A stretch of 64,000 nt of DNA from Nitrospinota bacterium (GTDB taxonomy: Bacteria; UBA8248): the NCBI GenBank assembly GCA_036231405.1, contig JAZAHK010000002.1:1-64000 (forward strand). The letters are read 5' to 3'. Below are positions 9,790 to 20,550 of this stretch, piece after piece (position 1 is the first letter of the stretch; every line of letters starts with the position of its first letter). The notes under the pieces were generated by a model. The model searched no databases. It was not told where the DNA came from and saw nothing but the letters and a program-made list of their open reading frames with translations. The translations under genes and the position numbers were made by a program.

Positions 9790-10131
9790 CTAACCTGGTG
9801 GCCAAAGCATTTTCCTTCCTGCTAAGAGATGAAAATGTACATGGAAAACAGTTTGCCCTCCATCTTCCATACAATTAGTTACAATTCTGAATCCGCTATC
9901 ATTGAGATTAAGCTGTTCTGCTATTTTGTTAGCTGCCATAAAAACTGCAGAAATTAAATTTGAATTTTCTTCTTTGATCTCAAGGATGGTTGAGAAATGT
10001 TTCTTAGGTATTATCAGGGCGTGTATTGGTGAAACGGGGTCGATATCCTCAAAGGCAAAAATAAGGTTGTCTTCGTAAATTTTCTTTGATGGAATTTCTC
10101 CGTTAATAATTTTGCAAAAAAGACAATCCAA
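9790..10131 (-). CDS. Histidine triad nucleotide-binding protein (HinT/PKCI-like)
   Basis: DCLFCKI...GQTVFHVHFHLLAGR..WPPG. TTG start at 10131 after AAGGA; the ORF-track extension to 10209 is unlikely. Confidence 0.93.
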   Translation of the reverse strand: MDCLFCKIINGEIPSKKIYEDNLIFAFEDIDPVSPIHALIIPKKHFSTILEIKEENSNLISAVFMAANKIAEQLNLNDSGFRIVTNCMEDGGQTVFHVHFHLLAGRKMLWPPG

Positions 10132-10278
10132 TGAAATAAATCCTTTTTCTGAGTGACTTGAAGTGTTAATCTTATAGTGGATGTTAGACTTACATTCTTC
10201 ATGTGGCAAGTCCTAATTAGTCTAAGACAACTTGACTGAACGCCCAATTGTTTTGCCGTATACTTAAAGGAAGTTCCT

Positions 10279-11658
10279 ATGAATATAAGTAGAAAATTTA
10301 TTCAGCATTTACATGGGATTAGTTATGATGTTTTGCCAGACGAAGTTCGTGATCGTGCAAAGTATTTCCTTTTAGATTTTCTCGGCGTTTCCATATGTGG
10401 GACAAAGGCGAATAGCTCAAGAGCCTTTTATGATTTTATTAGAAATAACGGAAGTCATGATGGGTCTTGCACGATTATAGGTTCTACACAAAAGACCACT
10501 CCTTCTGACGCTGCTCTCGTGAATGGAGGAGTATCACATGCGATAGAAATGGATGATGTAACAACTAGGTCCAGTTTACATCCTGGTGTCAGTGTAATGC
10601 CCAGCTCACTCGCTGTCAGTGAAGCACACTGTAGAAATCCTAAGCGCTTGATTGAGGCGATCGTTGCCGGCTATGAAGTTACGAACAGAATAGGGAATGC
10701 CGTCAATGCTAAAAGCCACTATGCTCGAGGTTTCCACCCCACTGCAACTTGTGGAACGTTTGCATCTTCTATTACAGCATCAAAACTTCTAGGACAGTCT
10801 TTTGATAAAATGGCGAATGCGCTTGCTATTGCAGGAAGTCAGGCGTCTGGTTCAATGCAGTTTTTGGATAACGGGGCATGGACGAAGAGATTCCATCCCG
10901 GCTGGTCAGCTCATAGTGGAATCTATGCTGCCTATATGGCAGAAAACGGATTCATTGGGCCATCAGATATCTTAGGGGGAGAGAGTGGATTCTTCGCAGC
11001 ATACAGTGATGATTCAAATCCAGAATATCTTATAGAAAATCTTGGTAACTATTGGGAAATATCTGAGACGGGCATTAAACCATATGCTTGTTGTAGGTTT
11101 AATCACGCCGCTGTAGACGCGACTATCTCTTTGTGTAAAAAACATGATCTTTTTCCTGAAAACATCGAGAAAGTAGAGGTACGTGTGCCGAAAACAAGTG
11201 AATTACTTGTGATAAATCCCGAAGATAAGAAGAGAAATCCTAAAAACATAGTAGAAGCGCAATTTAGTCTCCATTATGCGGTTGCTGTTTCCATCTTGAA
11301 AAGGGCTGCGGGACTTGCAGAATATTCTGATGAATTTATATCTTCAAGGGATTTTGATTCTCTGATTCATAAGATTTTTTGTTTTGGAGATGAAGAAATG
11401 GATAAGGAATTTCCAGAGAAGTGGCAGGCTAATGTGAAAGTAATCACCAAAAATGACACTTATGAAATTCATCAGCCCTATCCAAAAGGTGATCCTAAAA
11501 ATCCTTTAACGTGGGATGAACTAATAGAACGTTTTTACTTGATGACGAGTGAAGTAGTTGACAGGAAAAAGAGCGATGAAATTGTTGAGAAGGTATCTAA
11601 TTTAGAGAAACTAGAAAGTATTTCGGAATTCACTGAATTATGTTCTTTTGATAGTTGA
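10279..11658 (+). CDS. MmgE/PrpD family protein
   Basis: HAIEMDD, HPG, GYEV, RGFHPTA, KRFHPG and KPYACC motifs. Confidence 0.9.
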   Translation: MNISRKFIQHLHGISYDVLPDEVRDRAKYFLLDFLGVSICGTKANSSRAFYDFIRNNGSHDGSCTIIGSTQKTTPSDAALVNGGVSHAIEMDDVTTRSSLHPGVSVMPSSLAVSEAHCRNPKRLIEAIVAGYEVTNRIGNAVNAKSHYARGFHPTATCGTFASSITASKLLGQSFDKMANALAIAGSQASGSMQFLDNGAWTKRFHPGWSAHSGIYAAYMAENGFIGPSDILGGESGFFAAYSDDSNPEYLIENLGNYWEISETGIKPYACCRFNHAAVDATISLCKKHDLFPENIEKVEVRVPKTSELLVINPEDKKRNPKNIVEAQFSLHYAVAVSILKRAAGLAEYSDEFISSRDFDSLIHKIFCFGDEEMDKEFPEKWQANVKVITKNDTYEIHQPYPKGDPKNPLTWDELIERFYLMTSEVVDRKKSDEIVEKVSNLEKLESISEFTELCSFDS

Positions 11659-12363
11659 TTTTTTGTCATATAGGTGCATTAATTTTATTGCTATTGAAAC
11701 ACTATTAGCTAGTTTTTCGAGAAGATCCGTATTCATATCTTTGTAGTAGTGTCCAATTTTTTCAGAGCCGAGTAGAAAAAAACCTAATAGTTTTCTTTTA
11801 TCTTTTAAGGGGACAATAGCGGCAGAATTGATCTTCTTTATTGTGTTTTTTGGGAAAATTCCCTCTGTTTCTTTAGTTTTCTCAAATAGCTTTGTCTTGT
11901 TCCCGCGCGGAAATTTTTTTCTTTCCTCTTTTGATATATATCTTAATTTTGGATTGTTCCCTACGATTTTATTTAATGATTTGATTCTTTCTTTTTTTTC
12001 TTGAATGCAAAGTACAAGTCCTACATATGATAAATTGAATTTTGACTCGGTTGTTTCTGCCAATTTTACGAGAGATTGAGTTGTTGGAATATCCTCAAAA
12101 AGTAAATTCTCAAGATTGTCGAAATCCTCTTCGATTTTTTCATTTTTCCTAATAGTTTTAATTGATTCCTCTAACGCGGCAAGAAGATTTTCTCTATCTT
12201 CTCGCATTTTTTCAAAAAGTTTATTCCGAATATTTAAGATTTTTTTAGAATTTTCCCGTTCCTCAAGTAATCCACTTCCCATGAGTTGATTGGGGTACTT
12301 TAGAAAGAATCCCGGATTTTCCTCTAGGAATTTGATAACATCTTCTGGTGAAATCGATTTCAT
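11638..12363 (-). CDS. DUF484-family GAF-like protein
   Basis: N-terminal EDVIKFLEENPGFF..YP, coiled coil, C-terminal SAAIVPL...LLGS....HY...MNTDLL. Confidence 0.75.
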   Translation of the reverse strand: MKSISPEDVIKFLEENPGFFLKYPNQLMGSGLLEERENSKKILNIRNKLFEKMREDRENLLAALEESIKTIRKNEKIEEDFDNLENLLFEDIPTTQSLVKLAETTESKFNLSYVGLVLCIQEKKERIKSLNKIVGNNPKLRYISKEERKKFPRGNKTKLFEKTKETEGIFPKNTIKKINSAAIVPLKDKRKLLGFFLLGSEKIGHYYKDMNTDLLEKLANSVSIAIKLMHLYDKKSTIKRT

Positions 12364-12520
12364 GAAACTTTTTCTCTTTAAATATTTATAAGCATTTTAA
12401 AACTAAAAAATGAGTGCTATTTCTAACAACATTTTACTCCAACTTTATTTTTGTTAAAATGTACATGTTATATCATTTAACTACTTTATCTGATTTTACC
12501 TTTTATCATAAGGGGGTGCT

Positions 12521-13438
12521 GTGGAATCTTTTGTTCCTGAAAAAACGGTGATTGGAATAGTTGGGATTGGAAAAATGGGTACGCAAATGTCCAAGAACTT
12601 GGTAAATGCGGGATATTCTCTATATGGTTTCGATGTTAAAAGAGAGAATGTTGTAATGCTCGTACCAGACGGAGTTAAAATCGCTGAATCTTTAGCAGAG
12701 ATAGCAAAGAGTTCTGATGTATTGATTACAATGTTGCCTAGCAGTGATGACGTGGAATTTGTCATTCTAGCTGAGGATGGTATTGCGGAAAATCTGTCCA
12801 AGGGAAAGGTTATAATAGATATGAGTTCATCATATCCGCCACGAACTAAGTTGTTAGGAGACGAACTTCAAAAGCGCGGTTTTGGATTTTTAGGGGCCCC
12901 TGTTTCAGGTGGTGTTATAGGTGCTGAAAATGCGACTTTAGCAATAATGCCTGGTGGTCCTAAAGAACTAGTTGATTCTTGTATGCCTATTTTTGAAGTC
13001 CTAGGCAAAAAAATTGTGCACGCAGGTGAATCTGTCGATGCCGGCCATGCAATAAAGTGTGTGAATAATTTTCTTTCCGCCACGAATCTCGTTGCTTCTA
13101 TGGAGGCAATGTCACTGTCTAAAAAACTAGGATTAGATCCAGAAAAAACTTTAAGTGTTTTGAACAGCGGTTCGGGTTTGAATGCAGCCACTAAAGATAA
13201 GTGGCCTCGTTTCTTGCTGCCAAGGGATTTTAATTGTGGTTTCAGCACAGGTTTAATGTACAAAGATCTGACTATGGGTAGTGATCTTGCAAGAGAATCA
13301 GGAGCTACTTTTTTTATAATGAACCACGTACGACAAGTTTATGGTTTGGGGGTTGCCAAATTTGGAGCAAACTCTGATCAAACACTTTTGCTCAAACTTA
13401 TAGAAGAGTGGGCTGGGATTGATGAAGAAAAAAAATAA
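12521..13438 (+). CDS. NAD(P)-dependent beta-hydroxyacid dehydrogenase (3-hydroxyisobutyrate/tartronate semialdehyde reductase family)
   Basis: GIVGIGKMG, APVSGG, catalytic K in AIKCVNN, F...LMYKD. Confidence 0.9.
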   Translation: MESFVPEKTVIGIVGIGKMGTQMSKNLVNAGYSLYGFDVKRENVVMLVPDGVKIAESLAEIAKSSDVLITMLPSSDDVEFVILAEDGIAENLSKGKVIIDMSSSYPPRTKLLGDELQKRGFGFLGAPVSGGVIGAENATLAIMPGGPKELVDSCMPIFEVLGKKIVHAGESVDAGHAIKCVNNFLSATNLVASMEAMSLSKKLGLDPEKTLSVLNSGSGLNAATKDKWPRFLLPRDFNCGFSTGLMYKDLTMGSDLARESGATFFIMNHVRQVYGLGVAKFGANSDQTLLLKLIEEWAGIDEEKK

Positions 13439-13838
13439 ATTCTATATAAAGATTTTTTCTTTTTTTAGCGATAGAAAATTGAAATTAATTTCTTGTTCTA
13501 TTTTTTTATTTGCGATTTGTTTTCTAACTGTATCTTGCGCGAAAGACATTTCACTAAAAAAGGATTATGAGAAATCTTACAAAGCGAAGATTGTAAAACC
13601 TATAAAGAATGTTTTTACAAAAAAACTTACTGTAATATCGAATCCACCTGGTGCGAGGGTGTATATCGATGATGTTTTCCAAGGTGTGGCTCCTATAACG
13701 TTAGAATTTAATAGTAATATTTTTGATTTCGTGAAGGGTTTTTCTATCTTTGTTGAAAAGAAAGGATTTTTGCCCGCTAGGAGAAAGGTAGATTATAACC
13801 AAACTCGAGTAATTTTTAACTTGTTTAGCAGAAATTAG
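13422..13838 (+). CDS. PEGA-domain lipoprotein
   Basis: Lipobox-like LTVSC; SNPPGARVYIDD...G.AP...KKGF PEGA pattern; exact start uncertain. Confidence 0.7.
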   Translation: MKKKNKFYIKIFSFFSDRKLKLISCSIFLFAICFLTVSCAKDISLKKDYEKSYKAKIVKPIKNVFTKKLTVISNPPGARVYIDDVFQGVAPITLEFNSNIFDFVKGFSIFVEKKGFLPARRKVDYNQTRVIFNLFSRN

Positions 13839-13894
13839 ATTTTTTCGACTAAAGAATTGACAAATTGATAGGTTTGTTGGTAGATAGGCGGTCT

Positions 13895-13922
13895 TTGCAA
13901 GTTTGTTTGTTAATTATATGAT
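13895..13922 (+). promoter_or_regulatory. Putative sigma70 promoter for the rplU operon
   Basis: TTGCAA-16 nt-TATGAT; a TTGACA also lies at 13857-13862. Confidence 0.35.
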
Positions 13923-13963
13923 AGCATTGAATTTTATTTTGTTTCGAATTTAGGGGTCTTAAA

Positions 13964-14299
13964 GTGTATATGGTTGTTGAGACAGGTGGTAAGCAGGTTA
14001 AGGTCTCAGAAGGTGATGTTCTCACGGTTGAACGGATTGAAGGGACCTTGGGTGCATCAGTTAAACTAGAGAATGTTAAGCTTTTTGTAGATGGAGATTT
14101 AGTAGTTGCGGATAAAGATTCGCTTTCTGGAAGTATGGCCAATGCAGTTATAGAAAATCATGGAAGACTTCGTAAAATTTATTCTTTCCGATTTAAAAGA
14201 CGAAAGAAACTCAGGATTAAACGTGGTCATCGTCAACATTTCACGCAAATTAAGGTAACAGGACTTGTTCCTCCAAAAGGGGTAAAAAGTGGCGCATAA
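13964..14299 (+). CDS. rplU: 50S ribosomal protein L21
   Basis: [22 protein letters not shown]. Confidence 0.96.
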   Translation: MYMVVETGGKQVKVSEGDVLTVERIEGTLGASVKLENVKLFVDGDLVVADKDSLSGSMANAVIENHGRLRKIYSFRFKRRKKLRIKRGHRQHFTQIKVTGLVPPKGVKSGA

Positions 14300-14543
14300 A
14301 AAGGCAGGCGGGAGTTCTTCTAATGGAAGAGATTCTGCTGGAAGAAGGCTAGGAGTAAAACGTTTTGGCGGTGAGTTTGTTAATGCAGGTACAATTATTG
14401 TTCGTCAAAGAGGCACTCGGTTTCACCCAGGTACTAATGTTGGTTTGGGTAATGACCACACATTATTCGCAAAAATAAATGGTAATCTTATGTTTGAAAC
14501 AAAGACTAAAGGTAGGCGTTTTGTAAGTGTAATCCCTTCTTAA
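14289..14543 (+). CDS. rpmA: 50S ribosomal protein L27
   Basis: [23 protein letters not shown]. Confidence 0.98.
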   Translation: MAHKKAGGSSSNGRDSAGRRLGVKRFGGEFVNAGTIIVRQRGTRFHPGTNVGLGNDHTLFAKINGNLMFETKTKGRRFVSVIPS

Positions 14544-14568
14544 CCTTTTGCCCTTTTCTGGTCATTTC

Positions 14569-15564
14569 ATGTTTATTGATACGGCTAGGCTACTAGTTGA
14601 AGCAGGTAAAGGTGGAGACGGTTGCTTGAGTTTCCGTCGAGAGAAGTTTATCCCAAAAGGTGGTCCTGACGGAGGAGATGGTGGTCGGGGCGGTCATGTT
14701 GTTTTCAAATCTGAGTCATCCTATAACACCCTTTATCACCTACGAAATCAATCTGTTCTGAGAGCTTCAGATGGTGGGGCTGGGATGTCTAGCCATAAGC
14801 ACGGGGCCAATGGGGATGATCTATACGTTTCTGTCCCTGTTGGTACTATTATCAGAGACTCATCGGATGAAAGTGTTATTTATGATTTTGAAGAAACCGG
14901 ACAAGAATTTGTGGTAGCGAAGGGAGGTCGTGGTGGTTTAGGTAATGATCATTTTAAAAGCTCTAGGAATAGAGCTCCAAGAAGAATTACCAAAGGTCAA
15001 GAAGGAGAAGAACTGTCCGTTGGACTAGAGATTAAGCTCCTTGCAGATGTTGGTTTAATAGGAAAGCCAAATGCAGGCAAATCAACATTGATTTCTACGA
15101 TTTCAAAAAGTAGACCTAAAATAGCTGAATATCCTTTTACGACAATTGAGCCTAACTTAGGCGTGGTCGATCTTGGGGGAGAATTTACTTGTGTTGTGGC
15201 AGACATTCCAGGGCTTATTTTAGGTGCGCATAGTGGAAAAGGATTAGGTCATCAATTTTTGAGGCATATTGAAAGATGTAGTCTTCTTTTGCACCTTCTC
15301 GATTCTAGCAATCCAACTGAAGCTGTTTTTCAAGATTTTGATAGTATATCGAGGGAACTTGAGTTGTTTTCAAAGGATTTGATTTTTAAAAAGAGAGTTT
15401 GTGTGTTAACTAAAGTTGACGTAATCGATGCTGAAGACAAGATATCAATTTTGAGAAAAGGTTTGAAAAGAAGAGGATTTCATGCAATAGGGATATCTTC
15501 TGTATCTAAAATTGGTTTGAAAGAACTTTTACGCTTTGTATCTAAGGAACTCAGAGAAATCTAG
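14569..15564 (+). CDS. obgE: GTPase ObgE/CgtA
   Basis: MFID start at ATG 14569, Gly-rich Obg domain, GKPNAGKST, DIPG, TKVD. Confidence 0.96.
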   Translation: MFIDTARLLVEAGKGGDGCLSFRREKFIPKGGPDGGDGGRGGHVVFKSESSYNTLYHLRNQSVLRASDGGAGMSSHKHGANGDDLYVSVPVGTIIRDSSDESVIYDFEETGQEFVVAKGGRGGLGNDHFKSSRNRAPRRITKGQEGEELSVGLEIKLLADVGLIGKPNAGKSTLISTISKSRPKIAEYPFTTIEPNLGVVDLGGEFTCVVADIPGLILGAHSGKGLGHQFLRHIERCSLLLHLLDSSNPTEAVFQDFDSISRELELFSKDLIFKKRVCVLTKVDVIDAEDKISILRKGLKRRGFHAIGISSVSKIGLKELLRFVSKELREI

Positions 15565-15603
15565 ATAGTTTTTAAAAGTCTGAATGTGTATTTGGAGAAC
15601 ATT

Positions 15604-16740
15604 ATGGTTGCTAGGAAGGATGAGCCATCTCTGAGAAGTAAACGCCTTGTAATAAAGGTGGGAAGTTCTGTTCTCACAGAGACCGATGAAGTTGGATTGA
15701 ACATGCAAATCCTTGCTTCTATAGCTTCTCAAATATCTAATCTCCTTGATAGCGGTCGGGAAATTGTTCTTGTTTCTTCTGGTGCGATTGCCGCTGGACT
15801 GAAGCATCTAAATATAAAAAAATATCCTAAAAATATGCCTGAAAGACAAGCTGCTGCCGCTGTTGGGCAACCCATATTGATGGATGCTTATAGCAAAGTA
15901 TTTAATAAATTAGGTTTAAATATCGCGCAAATATTGTTAACTCATTCTGATTTGGATGAAAGAGAAAGATTCCTGAATGCATGTAATACTATTGACAATC
16001 TTCTGCATAAGGGAGTTGTCCCTATTGTTAACGAAAACGATACTGTTTCCACTGAAGAAATTAAATTTGGAGATAATGACTCATTAGCAGTTCAGGTTGC
16101 ACAGATGACTCGTTCAGGTCTCGTCGTTATCTTGTCTGATGTAGAGGGTATGTATAATGCAAATCCTAACATTAATGAAAATGCAAAGTTGTTATCTAGG
16201 GTAGATAATTTATCTGATGAATTAATTAATGCAGCGGGAAAGAGTAATAATAAATTCTCTCATGGTGGAATGGTTGCCAAGATAAAAGCTATACAGGTTT
16301 TAAGCCAAGTAGGTATCTCAACTCTTATGTTAAAAGGAAGAAATGAGAATGTTGTCCTGAGGTCTCTCGAGGGTGAAGATTTAGGCAGTTTTTTTGTACC
16401 TAAAAAGAAACGTATTAACGCAAGAAAGAGTTGGATAGGGACAACTGCAAAGTCTCGAGGTTGGCTGAAAATTGACCATGGTGCTGTTGAAGCTCTACTT
16501 CGAAAAGGAAGGAGTCTTCTTCCCAGTGGAGTAGTAGATGCTGGTGGTAATTTTTCTTTTGGAGATGTTGTAGAACTCCAGACCTTCGAAGGGAAGTCTT
16601 TAGGAAGAGGATTGGTTAATTATAATTGTGAAGAGGTGAAACTAATCGCTGGCAAGCAAACTAGAGAAATAAGTAGTATTCTTGGAAGTAAGGATTATGA
16701 TGAAATTGTACACCGTAATAATTTTTTGAGTATTAATTAA
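15604..16740 (+). CDS. proB: Glutamate 5-kinase with PUA domain
   Basis: VIKVGSS, VSSGAIAAG, NENDTV, FGDND; ATG 15604 after GGAG. Confidence 0.95.
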   Translation: MVARKDEPSLRSKRLVIKVGSSVLTETDEVGLNMQILASIASQISNLLDSGREIVLVSSGAIAAGLKHLNIKKYPKNMPERQAAAAVGQPILMDAYSKVFNKLGLNIAQILLTHSDLDERERFLNACNTIDNLLHKGVVPIVNENDTVSTEEIKFGDNDSLAVQVAQMTRSGLVVILSDVEGMYNANPNINENAKLLSRVDNLSDELINAAGKSNNKFSHGGMVAKIKAIQVLSQVGISTLMLKGRNENVVLRSLEGEDLGSFFVPKKKRINARKSWIGTTAKSRGWLKIDHGAVEALLRKGRSLLPSGVVDAGGNFSFGDVVELQTFEGKSLGRGLVNYNCEEVKLIAGKQTREISSILGSKDYDEIVHRNNFLSIN

Positions 16741-16767
16741 TTTTACTTTTTTTGCCTAGGATTTACA

Positions 16768-17427
16768 TTGAAAACTGGAATTCAAGGTGGGACGTTTGAC
16801 CCTATTCATTTTGGACATTTGTGTTCGGCGGAAGATGTCTCTTTTAAGTTGAAACTAGATCGTGTGATTTTCATTCCATCTGGGGCTCCTCCTCACAAAT
16901 CTTCACCTCTTATGGCATCCGCTTCAGACAGATTTAAGATGGTTAAAGTTTCTATCGAAGACCATCCTGTTTTTTATGCAGATTCGATTGAACTAGATAG
17001 AGAGGGCTTCTCTTATACAATCGATACCCTAAAAGAACTTTCTGAAACCTCTTGTAAGGGAGATCAAATTTTTTTCATTATTGGAGAGGATGCATTTTTG
17101 AATTTGCATACATGGAAAGAACCTTTGGAAATTTTAGATAAAGTAAATTTTGCTGTTACTTTGAGGAAAGGATACAGTGCAAGAGAGATTGTTTCTGAAG
17201 TGAAAGATAGTTTTAACGAATCAAAACTAAAATTCGAAGTGGATTTCCTTAGCGAAAATAAGTGTCGGGTTATACAATCAAAATGTTTTATTGAATTTGT
17301 CCATATTAGAAATCTAGACATATCTTCTTCAAACATAAGGGAAAATATAAAGAATTCACGTTCTATTCGCTATTTGTTGCCACGTAGAGTAGAACGTTTT
17401 ATAATTGAAAAAGAGTTGTATGCGTAG
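16768..17427 (+). CDS. nadD: Nicotinate-nucleotide adenylyltransferase
   Basis: GGTFDPIHFGH, SYTIDT, ISSSNIR. Confidence 0.95.
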   Translation: MKTGIQGGTFDPIHFGHLCSAEDVSFKLKLDRVIFIPSGAPPHKSSPLMASASDRFKMVKVSIEDHPVFYADSIELDREGFSYTIDTLKELSETSCKGDQIFFIIGEDAFLNLHTWKEPLEILDKVNFAVTLRKGYSAREIVSEVKDSFNESKLKFEVDFLSENKCRVIQSKCFIEFVHIRNLDISSSNIRENIKNSRSIRYLLPRRVERFIIEKELYA

Positions 17428-17451
17428 CCTTTTTATGGCGGAGGAATTAAT

Positions 17452-17784
17452 ATCTTAGAAGTTCAATTGAGAGCTCTTAGAGAACTAGTTCTTGAGAAAG
17501 GTGCGCAGGACGTTGTAATAGTTGATTTGAGAAAAGTTGATTCTGAGATAAGTGCTTTTCTAGTGTGTCATGGGAATAGTAAAAGGCAGGTTAAAGCAAT
17601 ATCCGTAGAAGTAAAAGTTAAATTGCCTGAGTTTGGTTTTAGTTTTTATTCTATGGAGGGTCTTGCAGAGTCTAATTGGGTATTGATTGATTGTGGTGAT
17701 ATTGTTGTGCATATTTTTGTTGATGAGTATCGTGAAACATATAGATTAGAGAAACTTTGGTCTAACACAATGGTTATAGTTTGA
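17452..17784 (+). CDS. rsfS: Ribosome silencing factor (start uncertain: ATC 17452 or TTG 17467)
   Basis: D.VIVDL, GNSKRQVKAI, EG...SNWVLIDCGDIVVHIF...R..Y.LEKLW; position after nadD. Confidence 0.92.
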   Translation: MLEVQLRALRELVLEKGAQDVVIVDLRKVDSEISAFLVCHGNSKRQVKAISVEVKVKLPEFGFSFYSMEGLAESNWVLIDCGDIVVHIFVDEYRETYRLEKLWSNTMVIV

Positions 17785-17822
17785 GTTGTTGATTAAACTT
17801 TTATGGGTTTAGGAGTCAATCT

Positions 17823-18188
17823 GTGAAACATTTAAAAAAGAAAGAAATGCTTAAGTTAAAGGTACGTTTGAATGAGGTTAGAGATGAGATTCTGGGTGAT
17901 GTAAAAAAAACCATCGATCATAGAAAAGATACGGGTGATGATGGTATTCAAGATATAGCTGATATGGCAGCTGATTCTTATTTTAAACAGGTAATGATGG
18001 ATCTTGGTGAAAGGGAGAGAGGAAGGTTTAAGGAAGTACAGGACGCATTTGATAGAATGGAAAATGGAACCTATGGCATTTGTGAAGAAACAGATGATGA
18101 AATTCCTTTCGAAAGGCTAATGGTTCTTCCATATGCGAGATTTACAGTAGAGGCACAGAATGAAAGAGAAAGAAGAAAGTATAGGTAA
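17823..18188 (+). CDS. DksA/TraR-family transcription factor, single-Cys variant
   Basis: Coiled-coil tip DIADMA (DxxDxA), GTYGICEET..EIP.ERL...PYAR.TVEAQ. Confidence 0.88.
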   Translation: MKHLKKKEMLKLKVRLNEVRDEILGDVKKTIDHRKDTGDDGIQDIADMAADSYFKQVMMDLGERERGRFKEVQDAFDRMENGTYGICEETDDEIPFERLMVLPYARFTVEAQNERERRKYR

Positions 18189-18257
18189 AAAAGTTTTTTT
18201 ATTTTTGTATAGTAGTAATTTTAAAAAGAAATTTTATAGTAGAAGGAACAGCTAATA

Positions 18258-18707
18258 ATGAGACCTATTGCAATTGGTTCAGATCATGCAGGTTTCATAC
18301 TAAAGGAATTTATAAAAAAATATTTGTTAGAAAGAGATATTTTATTTGCGGATTATGGCACTTTCTCAGAGGAGTCGTGTGATTACCCTGATTTTGCTGC
18401 CCTGGTTTCGGGAGCTGTTACAAATGGAGAGTCGGACAAGGGGATTTTGTTTTGCGGTTCATCGTCAGGTATGGTTATCGTAGCAAACAAATTTAAGGGT
18501 GTACGTGCAGTTGCTTGTCACGATCCATTTGTTGCAGAGATGAGCCGGAAACATAACGACTCTAATGTCCTTGCGCTTGGTGGGAGGATAATAGAATTAG
18601 AGAAAGCTACAGAGATTGTTCAGACTTGGCTTGACACTGAGTTTGAAGGTGGTCGCCACAAAAGAAGATTGGATAAATTGAGAGATATAGAAGAAGGGTT
18701 TGGTTAA
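18258..18707 (+). CDS. rpiB: Ribose-5-phosphate isomerase B
   Basis: GSDHAG, DYPD, CGS, HNDSNVL.LG.R, FEGGRH. Confidence 0.95.
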   Translation: MRPIAIGSDHAGFILKEFIKKYLLERDILFADYGTFSEESCDYPDFAALVSGAVTNGESDKGILFCGSSSGMVIVANKFKGVRAVACHDPFVAEMSRKHNDSNVLALGGRIIELEKATEIVQTWLDTEFEGGRHKRRLDKLRDIEEGFG

Positions 18708-18732
18708 TTAATTTTCCGCCTGGGAAAATTCA

Positions 18733-20486
<1,754 letters not shown>

Positions 20487-20550
20487 ATTCAATTAATAAA
20501 TATTTTAGTACATTTTCCTTATGGGCATATGAATATGGAGACATGAAAAG

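Noticed and set aside
10132..10278. Structured RNA or riboswitch between HIT and the prpD-like gene
   Set aside because: Only a 7-bp inverted repeat (ttagact/agtctaa), expected by chance; no known aptamer consensus.
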